Shown: piece by piece, positions 22,693-32,609 of the stretch
Numbering within the stretch: position 1 is the stretch's first letter
Layout of the letters: the number at the start of each line of letters is the position of its first letter
From: an uncultured Planctomycetaceae bacterium
Lineage (GTDB): Bacteria > Planctomycetota > Planctomycetia > Planctomycetales > Planctomycetaceae
Length of the DNA stretch: 64,000 bases
NCBI GenBank assembly: GCA_963813715.1
Contig: CAWFAK010000009.1
Coordinates: forward strand, 480,001 to 544,000
Reading direction: 5' to 3'
Notes under the pieces: generated by a model
Told to the model about the DNA's origin: nothing
Database searches by the model: none
The model's input: the letters and a program-made list of their open reading frames with translations, nothing else
Position numbers and translations under genes: made by a program

Positions 22693-23071
22693 AGGTCGAG
22701 TGTCGACCTCCCTGACCTACGGACCGCGGCTCAGTCTCCCGTCGGGTATTAGGATAAGCCCGACCCGCCGCCGCCCGCGGCGGTTTGCGGGGAATTTGCG
22801 AAATTGTAATTCTCGGCTGGCTGAGACAGAAAGGGGGCGCACCGTTCGCGCGGCCTTCAACATGGGACCGCTCGAAACTCGCGAACGCGCCCGCGTCGCG
22901 TTGAACAACCGGATGAGGCGCCTATTTCGGGTCAATCCGCGCCGCCGACCGCCCCCGCATCGACCGATTGGCCCCGATCGCGCAAATCGAAATCGTTTTG
23001 ACCCTCTTTGAAATTCCCCCCTAAACTCCCCCGCCCAACAGTCGCCTCGTCCTTCTCTTGGGGGTGCCGCC

Positions 23072-24178
23072 ATGCGCTTTGTCGCGCGCTTTCTGCTGGT
23101 TGTTTTGCCGGTCTTGTGCGCTGCGTTGCCGGTCGCCGCGGAGGATGGACCCAGCGTGGGCGACCACCTGCTCGTGACGACGGCCGACGCGCCACTGCGT
23201 TCGTGCAACGACACGACCGGGCATGTCCCTGCGGGCGCCGACTTGGCGATCAAGCACATCAACGGGGACTGGTTCTGGGTCGCCTACATGCACGGCACCG
23301 AGACCGAACGGGGCTGGATCCATCGCGCCGACGTCGTCGAGCGCTCGCGAGCTTTAGAACAGCTGAACGACCGACTGCAGACCAACCCGACGGCCGCGAC
23401 GTACGCAGTTCGCGGAAAGCTCAGGTGCGACCACGGCAGACTCGAGATCGCCCTTGCCGACTGCAATCAGGCGCTGTGTCTCGATCGGTCGACGCGCCTC
23501 GCCTATGACACGCGGGCGTCGGTCTGGATGAAACAAGGAGACTTCGACCGCGCCCTCGCCGATTGGAACGAGGCCCTGCGGCTTGATCCCCAGGACGTCC
23601 ACGCGCTCGACGGCCGTGGGGCCGCCTGGGCGGCGAAGGCAGAAGTGGATTTCGAGGCCGCCGCCAAAATCAGGAAGCCATCCGCCGTCGTAACGGCCAG
23701 CGCTTCGGATGTTTCGGCACATAGCGTTTCGTCGGGCAATCCACTTTCGCCGCCCGTCCTTCTCGAGATGTCTCACCCGGCGGGGAATTTGACGCTCAAC
23801 AACGTGGCCTTCTGTGTAACGATCACCAATTACGGGAACTGGGACCGCTTCAAGAAAGATGTCTTTGCGCCCGACCAGCTTATTCTTCTCTACACCGAGG
23901 TCGAAAATTTTTCGAGCGAACTCCGGACCGATCAGATTTGGCACGCGGCCATGAAATCGACGATTACCATCCGCGATGCTCGTGGAGAGCTGGTAAAAGA
24001 AATGGCGTTCCCGCGGAACGACGATATGTGCCACACGGTACGCCGCGACTACTACAACAGCTACGAATTCTCGATCCCCGAGGAATGCACGCCCGGGCCT
24101 CACATGCTGACGTTGAAGGTCGAAGACCTGCTCAGCGGGAAGACGGCATCACAGAGCGTGGACTTTCTCGTGAAGTAG
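23072..24178 (+). CDS. Secreted SH3-like + TPR protein with a C-terminal beta-rich domain
   Basis: Signal peptide, GDWFWV...RGWI SH3-like motif, three TPRs (ALADCNQAL, ALADWNEALRLDP). Confidence 0.75.
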   Translation: MRFVARFLLVVLPVLCAALPVAAEDGPSVGDHLLVTTADAPLRSCNDTTGHVPAGADLAIKHINGDWFWVAYMHGTETERGWIHRADVVERSRALEQLNDRLQTNPTAATYAVRGKLRCDHGRLEIALADCNQALCLDRSTRLAYDTRASVWMKQGDFDRALADWNEALRLDPQDVHALDGRGAAWAAKAEVDFEAAAKIRKPSAVVTASASDVSAHSVSSGNPLSPPVLLEMSHPAGNLTLNNVAFCVTITNYGNWDRFKKDVFAPDQLILLYTEVENFSSELRTDQIWHAAMKSTITIRDARGELVKEMAFPRNDDMCHTVRRDYYNSYEFSIPEECTPGPHMLTLKVEDLLSGKTASQSVDFLVK

Positions 24179-24223
24179 CTCGCAGTCGAGCGGACGCGCC
24201 CACGTCACTCTCGCGCGACCGCC

Positions 24224-25270
24224 TTACGCCGTCAGCTTGGGGCTGTCTTTCAGCAACCCCAGCCGCACCAGGCTTTCGGCCGTCGAGACGATCGATTCTT
24301 CGTTCGAGCGCGGGTTCCAGCCGAGGCGGCGTTTGGCCTTTTCGTTGGTGGCGTTCTTGCGCTTGCCCAGCTCGGGGAGGATCTGCTTCACCGCCGGGTC
24401 GCGGAGCGAGGCGATCCGCACCAGCCAATTGGGAAGCTGACGCGTGGGCACCCGCTTGGCCGCGCCGTTCATCCGAGCTTTGAGCACCTTGGCGATGCCC
24501 TGCATCGACATGAAGTCGCCGGCGACTGCCAGGAAACGCTCGCCCTTGGCCGCCGGGTTGGTCATCGCGCGGAGATGCAGGTCGGCCACGTCGCGGACGT
24601 CGACGACGCCGAAATAGAGCTTCGGGCAGCCGGGGAGCGCGCCGTCCATCAACCGCTGCACGATCAAGATTGACGTCGAATAGTCGGGACCCAGAACCGG
24701 GCCGAACACGCCGACCGGATTGACCACGGCCAGCTCGAGCCCGCCGCCTTCCTTGGCGATGAAGTCCCAGGCGGCCCGCTCGGCCAGCGTCTTCGATTTC
24801 ACATACGGTCGCACGTCGTCGCCGCTCGGGTCGGTCCAGTTCGTTTCGTCAAAGGGTTTCTGCTGCTGCGGCTGACCATAGCCGATGGCCGCGAACGACG
24901 ACGTGAGCACGACACGTTTGACCTTCGCCTCGCGCGAAGCCCGCAGCACGCGCAGCGCCCCCTCCCGCGCGGGGACGATCAACTCGTTTTCGTCCTTGGG
25001 GACGCCGGGCGGAAAAGGGGACGCGACGTGCAGCACGTACTCGCACCCGGCGACGGCCTCGGGCCAACCGGCGTCCTTCTCCAGGTCAGCCGCGAAGAAC
25101 GTGAGCCGACTCCCCGCGTCAGTCCCGCCCGCCTTGAGCAGCGCCCGCACCTCGGGCTCGCGCTTGAGATTGCGAACGGTCGTCCGCACCTCGTGGCCGG
25201 CCGCCAACAACTGCAAGAGGCAATGACTGCCGATAAACCCCGAACCGCCAGTCACCAGAACTTTGCTCAT
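24224..25270 (-). CDS. NAD(P)-dependent aldehyde reductase / epimerase-dehydratase (extended SDR)
   Basis: VLVTGGSGFIG, HVASP, YVKSK. Confidence 0.92.
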   Translation of the reverse strand: MSKVLVTGGSGFIGSHCLLQLLAAGHEVRTTVRNLKREPEVRALLKAGGTDAGSRLTFFAADLEKDAGWPEAVAGCEYVLHVASPFPPGVPKDENELIVPAREGALRVLRASREAKVKRVVLTSSFAAIGYGQPQQQKPFDETNWTDPSGDDVRPYVKSKTLAERAAWDFIAKEGGGLELAVVNPVGVFGPVLGPDYSTSILIVQRLMDGALPGCPKLYFGVVDVRDVADLHLRAMTNPAAKGERFLAVAGDFMSMQGIAKVLKARMNGAAKRVPTRQLPNWLVRIASLRDPAVKQILPELGKRKNATNEKAKRRLGWNPRSNEESIVSTAESLVRLGLLKDSPKLTA

Positions 25271-25371
25271 GGCTGCCGCTCCAATGGTTCACTGCCGGCT
25301 TGCCATTGATGCCGACTTGCCCGTGATTCCATGGGCCAGCAAGTCGGCCGTCAAGCGTGCGGTCCGGTGCC

Positions 25372-25487
25372 CGCACGTAGGGCACGCTGCCATGCCAGCT
25401 CGCCCGGTGTCCCTTGTTTCAGATGGCTTTGGACTCGGGGACTGAAGATCGGCGGACAAGCTGGCATGGCAGCTTGCCCTACGTGCG
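25372..25487. repeat. Inverted REP doublet (GTAG family A), both copies with duplicated TGCCA/TGGCA
   Basis: cgcacgtagggcacgc-tgcca-tgcca-gctcgcc (25372-25403) versus gacaagc-tggca-tggca-gcttgccctacgtgcg (25455-25487). Confidence 0.85.
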
Positions 25488-25506
25488 AACCCCCGGCGAT
25501 GGCCGA

Positions 25507-26301
25507 TTAGTGCCGGACCCAGTTCGGGTCCCAGCCGACGACGGCTGCGTCGGGGGCGAGGACGAAGATTTCGACGCGGCGGTTCTTGCGGCGGGTCGTT
25601 TCAGTCGTGTTCTGGGCGACCGGCTGGTACATGCTGTAGCCGGCGGCGCCGAGCCGCGTCTCCTGCATGCCGTGGTGCGACAGCTCGAGCACGACCGAGT
25701 CGGCCCGGTCGGTCGACAGGTTCCAGTTGGTCGGGTGGTGCGTGCGGGTGACTTCGTGGCCGATCGGCCGGTCGTCGGTGTGGCCGACCACCAGGATGTT
25801 GAGCCGTTGGGCGTCGCCGTCGTTCATGATCTTGGCGAACTCGTTCAAAAGTCGCTTGCCGTCGTCGCGAATGTCGGAGCTGCCGGAGGCGAAGAGCACG
25901 TCGTTGGAGAACTTGCTGACGCCGGTGTGCGGATCGAACTCGAACTGCGGATATTTTTCCTGCAGCTTCTTGAAGCGTTCGGTCGCCTCGGGCGAGAGCG
26001 GGCTCGGCTGGCCGCGCTGCTTGTCCAAGAGCGCGATGTACCGCTGCTGCAGCTGCGAGCGTTCGGCCGTCAGGTTGTCGAGGCGTTGATTGGCCGCCAC
26101 CAGCGCCCGTTCCGCCTGCTGCTGGGCCATAGACGACTGCCAATTGGAGTAGGACAGCGCCTGATTCTGCTGACAGAGCGCGGCCGACTGGCAATGGCAC
26201 GCGCGCATTTGGTCGTACATGCAGCAGCAACATCCCGGCAACAGCCCCAGCGCGAGCACCGCGAGCGAGCTGAATTTGACGATCCGTGCCCAAACAGGCA
26301 T
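25507..26301 (-). CDS. OmpA/MotB-family lipoprotein
   Basis: Lipobox LPGC, coiled coil, DVLFASGS, VVGHTDDRPI, NWNLSTDRA, KNRRVEI; RBS GAGGAG. Confidence 0.88.
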   Translation of the reverse strand: MPVWARIVKFSSLAVLALGLLPGCCCCMYDQMRACHCQSAALCQQNQALSYSNWQSSMAQQQAERALVAANQRLDNLTAERSQLQQRYIALLDKQRGQPSPLSPEATERFKKLQEKYPQFEFDPHTGVSKFSNDVLFASGSSDIRDDGKRLLNEFAKIMNDGDAQRLNILVVGHTDDRPIGHEVTRTHHPTNWNLSTDRADSVVLELSHHGMQETRLGAAGYSMYQPVAQNTTETTRRKNRRVEIFVLAPDAAVVGWDPNWVRH

Positions 26302-26808
26302 GGCAGGACTCCTCACACGCAAACGCGATCCGGGAAGACGGCTGCGAGAATTTTTGAACCGAAGTGGGGCGAAATCGGGCGGACGGGATGAGCTGTCGAG
26401 ATGTGTCGTGCTGCGGACAGGTTTCTTCAGGCGGGAATCAAGATGCGGGCGCATTGCTCCGCGCAGGCGGCAACGAAACGCAAGTCAAACGGCAACGCGC
26501 GACGCGTCACCACTTGGGCTATGACGTTCAGGAAGCAATGAGTTTTTGGGACGGTGGATTCGGGAAGGAGACGAGAGCGGAGATGAAAGCAAGACGGAAG
26601 CAAAATCGAGGATTTCCGGCCAGAAACGACCGGGAAGGGTTCAAGTCGCGATTGGGAATCGCCGAGAGGGGTGATAAGTCGTGGGCTTATAGCTCAGGAG
26701 CCAGTTCGTGCCAAGAGGGAGTTGGCGCTCCCCGTGAATGCGGGCAGTTTATGCCTGTCCCGTTACGCGAAATACGTCGTTCCTGGACCGCGCACGCCGG
26801 CCGCGCGT

Positions 26809-26857
26809 AAAAAACCCGGCGAGCCACCACAGTAGCGCGCCGGTCTTTGTTTTTTTG
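26809..26857. terminator. Probable bidirectional terminator downstream of the HTH gene
   Basis: A-run, ccggcgagc / gcgcgccgg stem, T-run. Confidence 0.5.
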
Positions 26858-26893
26858 GGGATCTTTACGGCCGGGACGGATGCCTCGGCTGGC

Positions 26894-28687
26894 TTAGAAC
26901 ATGCCTTTGACCCATTCCAGCAGGCTGCCGCCGACGACCACGTTCTGGTCCCAGTACCACATCGTCCGCACCAGGTCGAACATCACCACCCCGGCCAGGA
27001 GCAAAAAGACCGACGACACCGCCAGGCCGGCGAAGGTCAGGCCGTCCCACGGCGCTTCAACCGGCGCGGCCGAGCGGAGCGTGATGGCCGGGGCGATTTC
27101 CGAGTGGCTTTCGCCTGACTGGGCGCTGCTGTCGAAGTCTTCTTCGGCCGGCTCGAAGACGTCGATCTCGTCGAGGTCTCCCTCTTCGGTCAACACGTCC
27201 TCTGCCACTTCCAGGTCGGCGTCGTCGCTGAAGTCTTCGGCCTCGGCGAATTCGACACCCGATTCCTGCAGGGCGAAACTGTCGTCGGCGCGGCCCTTCT
27301 TGCCGCGGGCGGAAGCGGCCGGGCGGGCCGGGGCGGCGTCTTCTTCGTCGTCCTCGGCGAAGAGCACGACGTTGGTCTTATCGGTCTTGCCACCCTCGAG
27401 AGAGTAGCCGCCTTCTTCGTCCTCGAGCGTGGGGACTTCGACCTGGGTCGAGTCTTCCTCATCGTCGCCGAGTTCCATCAGCGGGGCCGTGCGGTCGCCT
27501 TCCTTCTTCTTGTCCTTTTTCTTGCCTTTGTCTTTCTTTGTGCCGGAGTCGGCCAGGCGGATGCCGCTCTCGCTGTCGAGGGCGATGCCGCTGTCTTCTT
27601 TCTCGAGCGCAATGCCGCTGTCGGCGTCGAGGGCAATGCCGCTATCCATCGGGCCGGCGAGGCCGATGCCGCTGTCGACCTTTTCCAGGCTGATGCCGCT
27701 GTCGGCCAGGCTTTGCAGGGTGATGCCGCTATCGGCCGAGCTGCCAGCGCCGACTTTCATGGCACTGCCCGTGTCGAGGGCGATGCCGCTGTCACCCAGG
27801 AGGACGGAGCTTTCATCGGCACTCGAATCGTCGCTGGCCGAGTCGGTGAGCACGATCGACGACTTGCCCGTGCTGGCGCTGCCGCCCGTCATGTCGAGGC
27901 TGCTGCCGGCGCCGGTGGCGAGGCGAATGTCGCTCTCGCTGCCGATCGTCGCCAGGTCGTCGGTCCCGACCAGGCGGACGTCGCTGTCGCTGCGCGGTCC
28001 GTTCGATTTCTTTTCGGGCTTGGCCAGGCGGACGTCGCTATCGCTATCGGCGGCGATCAGTTGCACGTCGCTATCGCTGGCGTCCGTTGATGACGTGTCG
28101 GATGATCCGCCGGACGAGCCCCCCTTGGGACGCTTGGCGCTCGCACCGCCGCCGATGAGCTGCACGTCGCTGTCGCTGGCGTCGCTCGAGGAGCCGCCGC
28201 CTTTGGGCGAGAGATCCATTTCGGTCGAGGAGGTGCTAATCAGCTTGACGTCGCTATCGCTGCCGGAGTCGACCAGGCCGCCGACGTCTTCGACAAGACG
28301 CACGTCGCTGTCGCTGGTGCCCAACTGCGAGAGGACGACTTCGGGATCGCTGTCTTTGCCGCCGGGGACGAGCGTGTCGTCGAGCAGCAAGCGGACGTCG
28401 CTGTCGGACGCCTTGTTGAAGCGGCCGGAGCCGCCCCCTTTGCGAATGCCGCTGTCGCCAGCCGCGGGGGACTTGGCCTTGGGCTTGTCGTCGAGGATGG
28501 GGACTTCGGGAGAGGAGTCGGCGTCGCGGCTGCGCGCGAATTCTTCGACGTCTTCCGATTTGAATTTCCAGGTGCCCCGGTCGGCGAAGCCGCGGATTTC
28601 ACTGCGTTCGCGGTAGCGCACCAATTCCTCGGGCGCCATCCCCAACATCTGGGCGGCTTCTTCGAGAGTGAGATATTTCTTCGCCAT
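26894..28687 (-). CDS. Planctomycete-type protein: N-terminal excisionase/MerR-like HTH, long acidic region with SDSDVxL and DSGIxL repeats, C-terminal TM helix
   Basis: YLTLEEAAQMLG...RGFADRGTWKF; repeats visible in the translation; TM FAGLAVSSVFLLLAGVVMF. Confidence 0.85.
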   Translation of the reverse strand: MAKKYLTLEEAAQMLGMAPEELVRYRERSEIRGFADRGTWKFKSEDVEEFARSRDADSSPEVPILDDKPKAKSPAAGDSGIRKGGGSGRFNKASDSDVRLLLDDTLVPGGKDSDPEVVLSQLGTSDSDVRLVEDVGGLVDSGSDSDVKLISTSSTEMDLSPKGGGSSSDASDSDVQLIGGGASAKRPKGGSSGGSSDTSSTDASDSDVQLIAADSDSDVRLAKPEKKSNGPRSDSDVRLVGTDDLATIGSESDIRLATGAGSSLDMTGGSASTGKSSIVLTDSASDDSSADESSVLLGDSGIALDTGSAMKVGAGSSADSGITLQSLADSGISLEKVDSGIGLAGPMDSGIALDADSGIALEKEDSGIALDSESGIRLADSGTKKDKGKKKDKKKEGDRTAPLMELGDDEEDSTQVEVPTLEDEEGGYSLEGGKTDKTNVVLFAEDDEEDAAPARPAASARGKKGRADDSFALQESGVEFAEAEDFSDDADLEVAEDVLTEEGDLDEIDVFEPAEEDFDSSAQSGESHSEIAPAITLRSAAPVEAPWDGLTFAGLAVSSVFLLLAGVVMFDLVRTMWYWDQNVVVGGSLLEWVKGMF

Positions 28688-28795
28688 CGTTGCTCCCGGT
28701 GGACGAAATGAGCGACGTCCCTGCGATGTGAGAGCCAGCCGGCACGACTCACCGCACCGACGGAATCGTTACGTCCCGAAAATGCGCAGCACAAC

Positions 28796-28825
28796 TTGTT
28801 GCGAGACAGGTTGTTGCGAGACAGG
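28796..28825. repeat. Perfect 15-bp direct tandem repeat in the divergent promoter region
   Basis: ttgttgcgagacagg x2. Confidence 0.85.
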
Positions 28826-29137
28826 CATGATGCGCCAGCGGCCCTGATTTTTCATTGTAAGTGCCAGCGGGGCCTTTGCAAGCAGCCGATTTTTGTTGCC
28901 TCGGAATTTCTCGGTCGGTCGAGCCGACTCGATTGAGCTTTCCGGTCCGAGGCGTTGTTCCCTCTTCGGTTTTGCCGACCCTTGCGGTCGGCAGGCCGTC
29001 GTTTTAGCCGAGCCGGCCGGTTCCGCAGACCGTCGATCGGCGGACAGACCAGGTTTCGACACCGGTCCAATTTTGACACAGGTCGGATTCCGACGGGTCC
29101 CGGCCGCCGGTTGTCAGCCGGTGCCCGGCCAATCACA

Positions 29138-29911
29138 ATGGGCCGCATGACCTTGCGATCCAGACTCGAATTGAGCCGCCGGCTGTTCGGCGAGCTTGAC
29201 TGCACGGTAGTCGCCCCGGCGGGCGGCCGGACGCCCCAATTCGCGGTTGTGCTGTGCCACGGTTTCGGGGCGCCCGGCACCGACCTGGTCGGCCTCGCCC
29301 AGGAATTGGCCGAACTGACGCCCGATTCCGCGGCCGAGACGGCCTATCTGTTCCCCGAGGGGCCGCTCGATATGGGGGGCTACGGCTTCCCCGGCCGCGC
29401 CTGGTGGATGGTCGACGTCGAGCGGTTTCAGCGGGCGGCCGGCAATCCCCGGGAGATGGCGGCCATCAGAGCCGAGGTCCCCGACGGCATGCCCGAGGCC
29501 TCGACTCTGTTGCGGGGCTGCCTGCTGGCGGCCGAACGCGAGCTGGGGGTGCCTATGTCCCGCACGCTGCTCGGCGGGTTTTCGCAGGGATCGATGGTGG
29601 CCACCGACGTGACGCTGCGGTTGCCGACGGCGCCGGCCGGCTTGTGCGTCTTTTCGGGTCACCTTCTGGCCGAAAACGAATGGGGGCCGCTGGCCAAGAA
29701 ACGGGGGCCGCTGCCCGTCCTGCAAACGCACGGTCGGTTGGATCCGATTCTGCCGTTTGACGGGGCCGAGGCACTGCGAGACATGTTGACGGAGGCCGGG
29801 CTCACGGTCGAATTCATCCCCTTCAACGGTCCGCACACCATCTCGATGGAAGGCATTCAGCGCTGTGCCGCCATGATTGGCCACCTGGCGGGCGCAGCCG
29901 GCGGGTGCTGA
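29138..29911 (+). CDS. Phospholipase/carboxylesterase (alpha/beta hydrolase)
   Basis: LCHGFGAPGTDLV, GGFSQG nucleophile elbow, HGRLDPILP, FNGPH. Confidence 0.88.
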   Translation: MGRMTLRSRLELSRRLFGELDCTVVAPAGGRTPQFAVVLCHGFGAPGTDLVGLAQELAELTPDSAAETAYLFPEGPLDMGGYGFPGRAWWMVDVERFQRAAGNPREMAAIRAEVPDGMPEASTLLRGCLLAAERELGVPMSRTLLGGFSQGSMVATDVTLRLPTAPAGLCVFSGHLLAENEWGPLAKKRGPLPVLQTHGRLDPILPFDGAEALRDMLTEAGLTVEFIPFNGPHTISMEGIQRCAAMIGHLAGAAGGC

Positions 29912-29927
29912 GTTTGAGGGCGACGCC

Positions 29928-30024
29928 GTAGGACGACCTGCCAGCTTGCCCACCGATCGGCAGTCGCCCAATCGAAATGGCGGTTGAAAAGTGACAGACG
30001 GGGCAAGCTGGCAGCTTGCCCACG
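29928..30024. repeat. Inverted REP doublet (family A), empty alleles with a single TGCCA/TGGCA
   Basis: gtaggacgacctgccagcttgccc (29928-29951) and gggcaagctggcagcttgcccacg (30001-30024). Confidence 0.8.
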
Positions 30025-30180
30025 TGCGGCCCGCTTCACACGAGCTTCATCGCGCGGACAAATCGACCACGGCAAATCAGTCCGGAAAACCGGGCCAATC
30101 GCTTCGCAGTTCGGTCGATTCCGGCGTATCATGGATGTTTCGCTTCCGCTCTCCGTGCGCTTTGGAAGTCCCCTTTTTCC

Positions 30181-32517
30181 GTGAGACACGCCATTTCTGC
30201 CCCCCTGCGACGTGCCGCCGCGGCGCTGCCGGCGATCATTTTGTTTTGCTGCCTGGCCGTCGGACAAAGCTGGGGCGGCGACCCGGCGCGCGGCAGCGTC
30301 GGGCTCGGCCGAGGCGACGACCGACGTTCGCGTCGGCGTGGGCGGCGGCTTCAAAGTCGGCCGCTGGGCCCCCCTGGACGTGACGCTCGGCGGCGCGGCG
30401 CCTGCCAACGCCCGCCTGGAAGTCGACGCGCCCGATCCCGACGGCGCCCTGGTGACTTACCACAGTGAGCCCAAGGATCCCGCCGCAGCCGCCAATTCGG
30501 CCGGCCACGCTGGCACTCCGGCCGCCGGCCCCCTGAGTCTGCTCTTCAAGATGGGGCGGCTCGACGGCACGCTCCGCGTCCGCGTGCTCGATGGCGAACG
30601 GCTCGTCACCAACAAGACCGTCCGCGTGTCGGGCGACCCGGATGCCGACGTGCACACGCCCTCTCGCCTCTCGGTGCTGCTGGTGGCCAACGTGCAGGCC
30701 GCTCGCGACGGGGCGTCGTCGACCCGGTCCGACATCACGCGGTTCGGCCAGTTTCTCACGGCCGGAAGCAGCAACTGCGCCGAGCGCCACGTCGGCCGCG
30801 CGGGCCGAAGTCGTCGACATCGATTCCTTTCGCTCGCTGCCCACGCGGCCAGACGCCTACGACGCGTTTGACGCCGTGTTGATTACGGAACGCTTCGACC
30901 TCGACGCGGCCCGCAGCCAGGCGCTCGCCGACTGGGTCCGTTCCGGCGGGCATCTGCTGCTCGCGATCGGCCGCGACGCCAGCAACTTTGCCAAAACGTC
31001 CCCCGCGCTCGCCTCTTGGCTGCCGGTGAAGATCGAGGGGGCGACCAAGCTTCGCGACTTGAGCCCCATCGAAAGTTTCTGCCGGCAGAGCTCGCGGATC
31101 ATGGGAGCCACCGATGAGCCGCTCGACGCGGCCAAGTTGAATGCGCCGGGCGGCAAGGAGTTGATTCCCTCGCTGGCCGGTCCGCTCGTTGTGTCGCGCG
31201 GCGTACGGACTGGGCCGCGTCACGGTCTTCGGACTCGATCTGAGTTCGCCGCCGCTGGCCAACTGGAGCGCGTGCGCCCGACCTGGTGCAGCGATTGTTC
31301 GACGTCGACCAGGACCACGCGCAGCACATGATCAGCGTCTCCAATCGGCTGACGCAGACAGGCATCACGGAGTTGGCCACGCAGCTCGACGGTTCGCTCG
31401 ACGACTTTCCCAATGTCTCGCGGTTCACGATCTGGCACGTGATGGGCTTGCTGGCGGCGCTGGTGCTCATCGTCGGCCCGCTCGACTATTTGCTCGTGCA
31501 CAAGCTGTTGCACCGGCCCGAGCTGACGTGGGTCACCCTGCCGCTGATCGCTCTCGTCGCGGCCGGCGTGGCGTTCTACTGGAGCTCCGAGTCCAAGGGC
31601 AAGCAGGTGCTGCTCAACCAGCTCGACGTCTTCGACGTCGACGCGACGAGCGGCTGGGGCCGGGCCCACTCGTACGGCTGCTCTATAGTCCCGAGAATCG
31701 CCGTTACGACGTCACGGCCCAGGCGGACGTTCCGCCCCGCGTGCAGGCCGCGAGCAAGAGCGTTCAGCCTCCGCGGCTCGGCTGGCACGGACGGCCCGAA
31801 GCGAATTTTGGCGGCATGTACCGCACGGCGGGCGTCGAGATCTCGCATCCGAGCTATGCCGCCAGTGCGGGCGATCGCCAGCTCGAGCAGGTGCCGATTC
31901 CCGTCTGGTCGACCAAGAGTCTCGAATCGGAATGGTCGCAGGACACGAATGGCCTGATCGACAGCCAGCTCGAGAGCCGCGGCCCCAGCCACCTGGGCGG
32001 ATCGTTACGGCACCATTTTCCCGGTCCGATCGAAGACTGGGTCGTGGCGTACGGACATCAGGTGTTTTATCCACGGTCCGACGCTCAGGACCACCCGCTG
32101 CCCATGCTGCCCGACGTTCCCTGGGCGCCGCAAACGGCGATGCAGCGCGAGCTGAGCGGCTACCTGACCGGCGCGACGCAAACCATGGTGACGACGCAAG
32201 GCACGCATCTCGAAGAAATGCGGACCGAGCATGTCGATTACGACCCGCTCAACCACGATCCGCTCTTTATCCTGCGGATGATCACTTTTCACAGCGAGGC
32301 CGGCGGTACGCTCTACACGGGCTTGGGCAACGGCGCCTTGCGGCAGTTCGATTGGAGCCCGCTGCTGGAGCTGAACCGGGCCGTGCTCGTCGGCCGCGTC
32401 CGCCGTCCGCTGACCCGCTGGCAAGTCGACGGCCAGACCGTCGATGCCGATCAGAGTTACACCCTCGTGCGCATCGTGCTTCCGGTGAAGCCGGTACGCT
32501 ACCAGGAAGAGAACTAA
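30181..32517 (+). CDS. Large ABC-transporter-associated membrane protein with glutamine-amidotransferase-like domain (frameshifted)
   Basis: GGFKVGRWAPL, YDAFDAV...LADWVRSGGHLLL, YGLGRVT, TM LIVGPLDYLLV..L.RPELTWVT; pieces in ORFs 30016-30468, 30212-30871, 30591-31331, 31286-31957, 31189-32517. Confidence 0.72.
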
Positions 32518-32609
32518 CACCCAGAGAATAACGCCGTCGTGCCGGCCCGTTGCTGCCACCGCAGATCGACCCCCTAACGCCGATTGATGCCGGAGACCGA
32601 GGACCAAAC

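Noticed and set aside
26698..26713. TGGCACGAACTGGCT as a sigma-54 promoter for the OmpA gene
   Set aside because: GG-to-GC spacing is one base short of the required 10 nt
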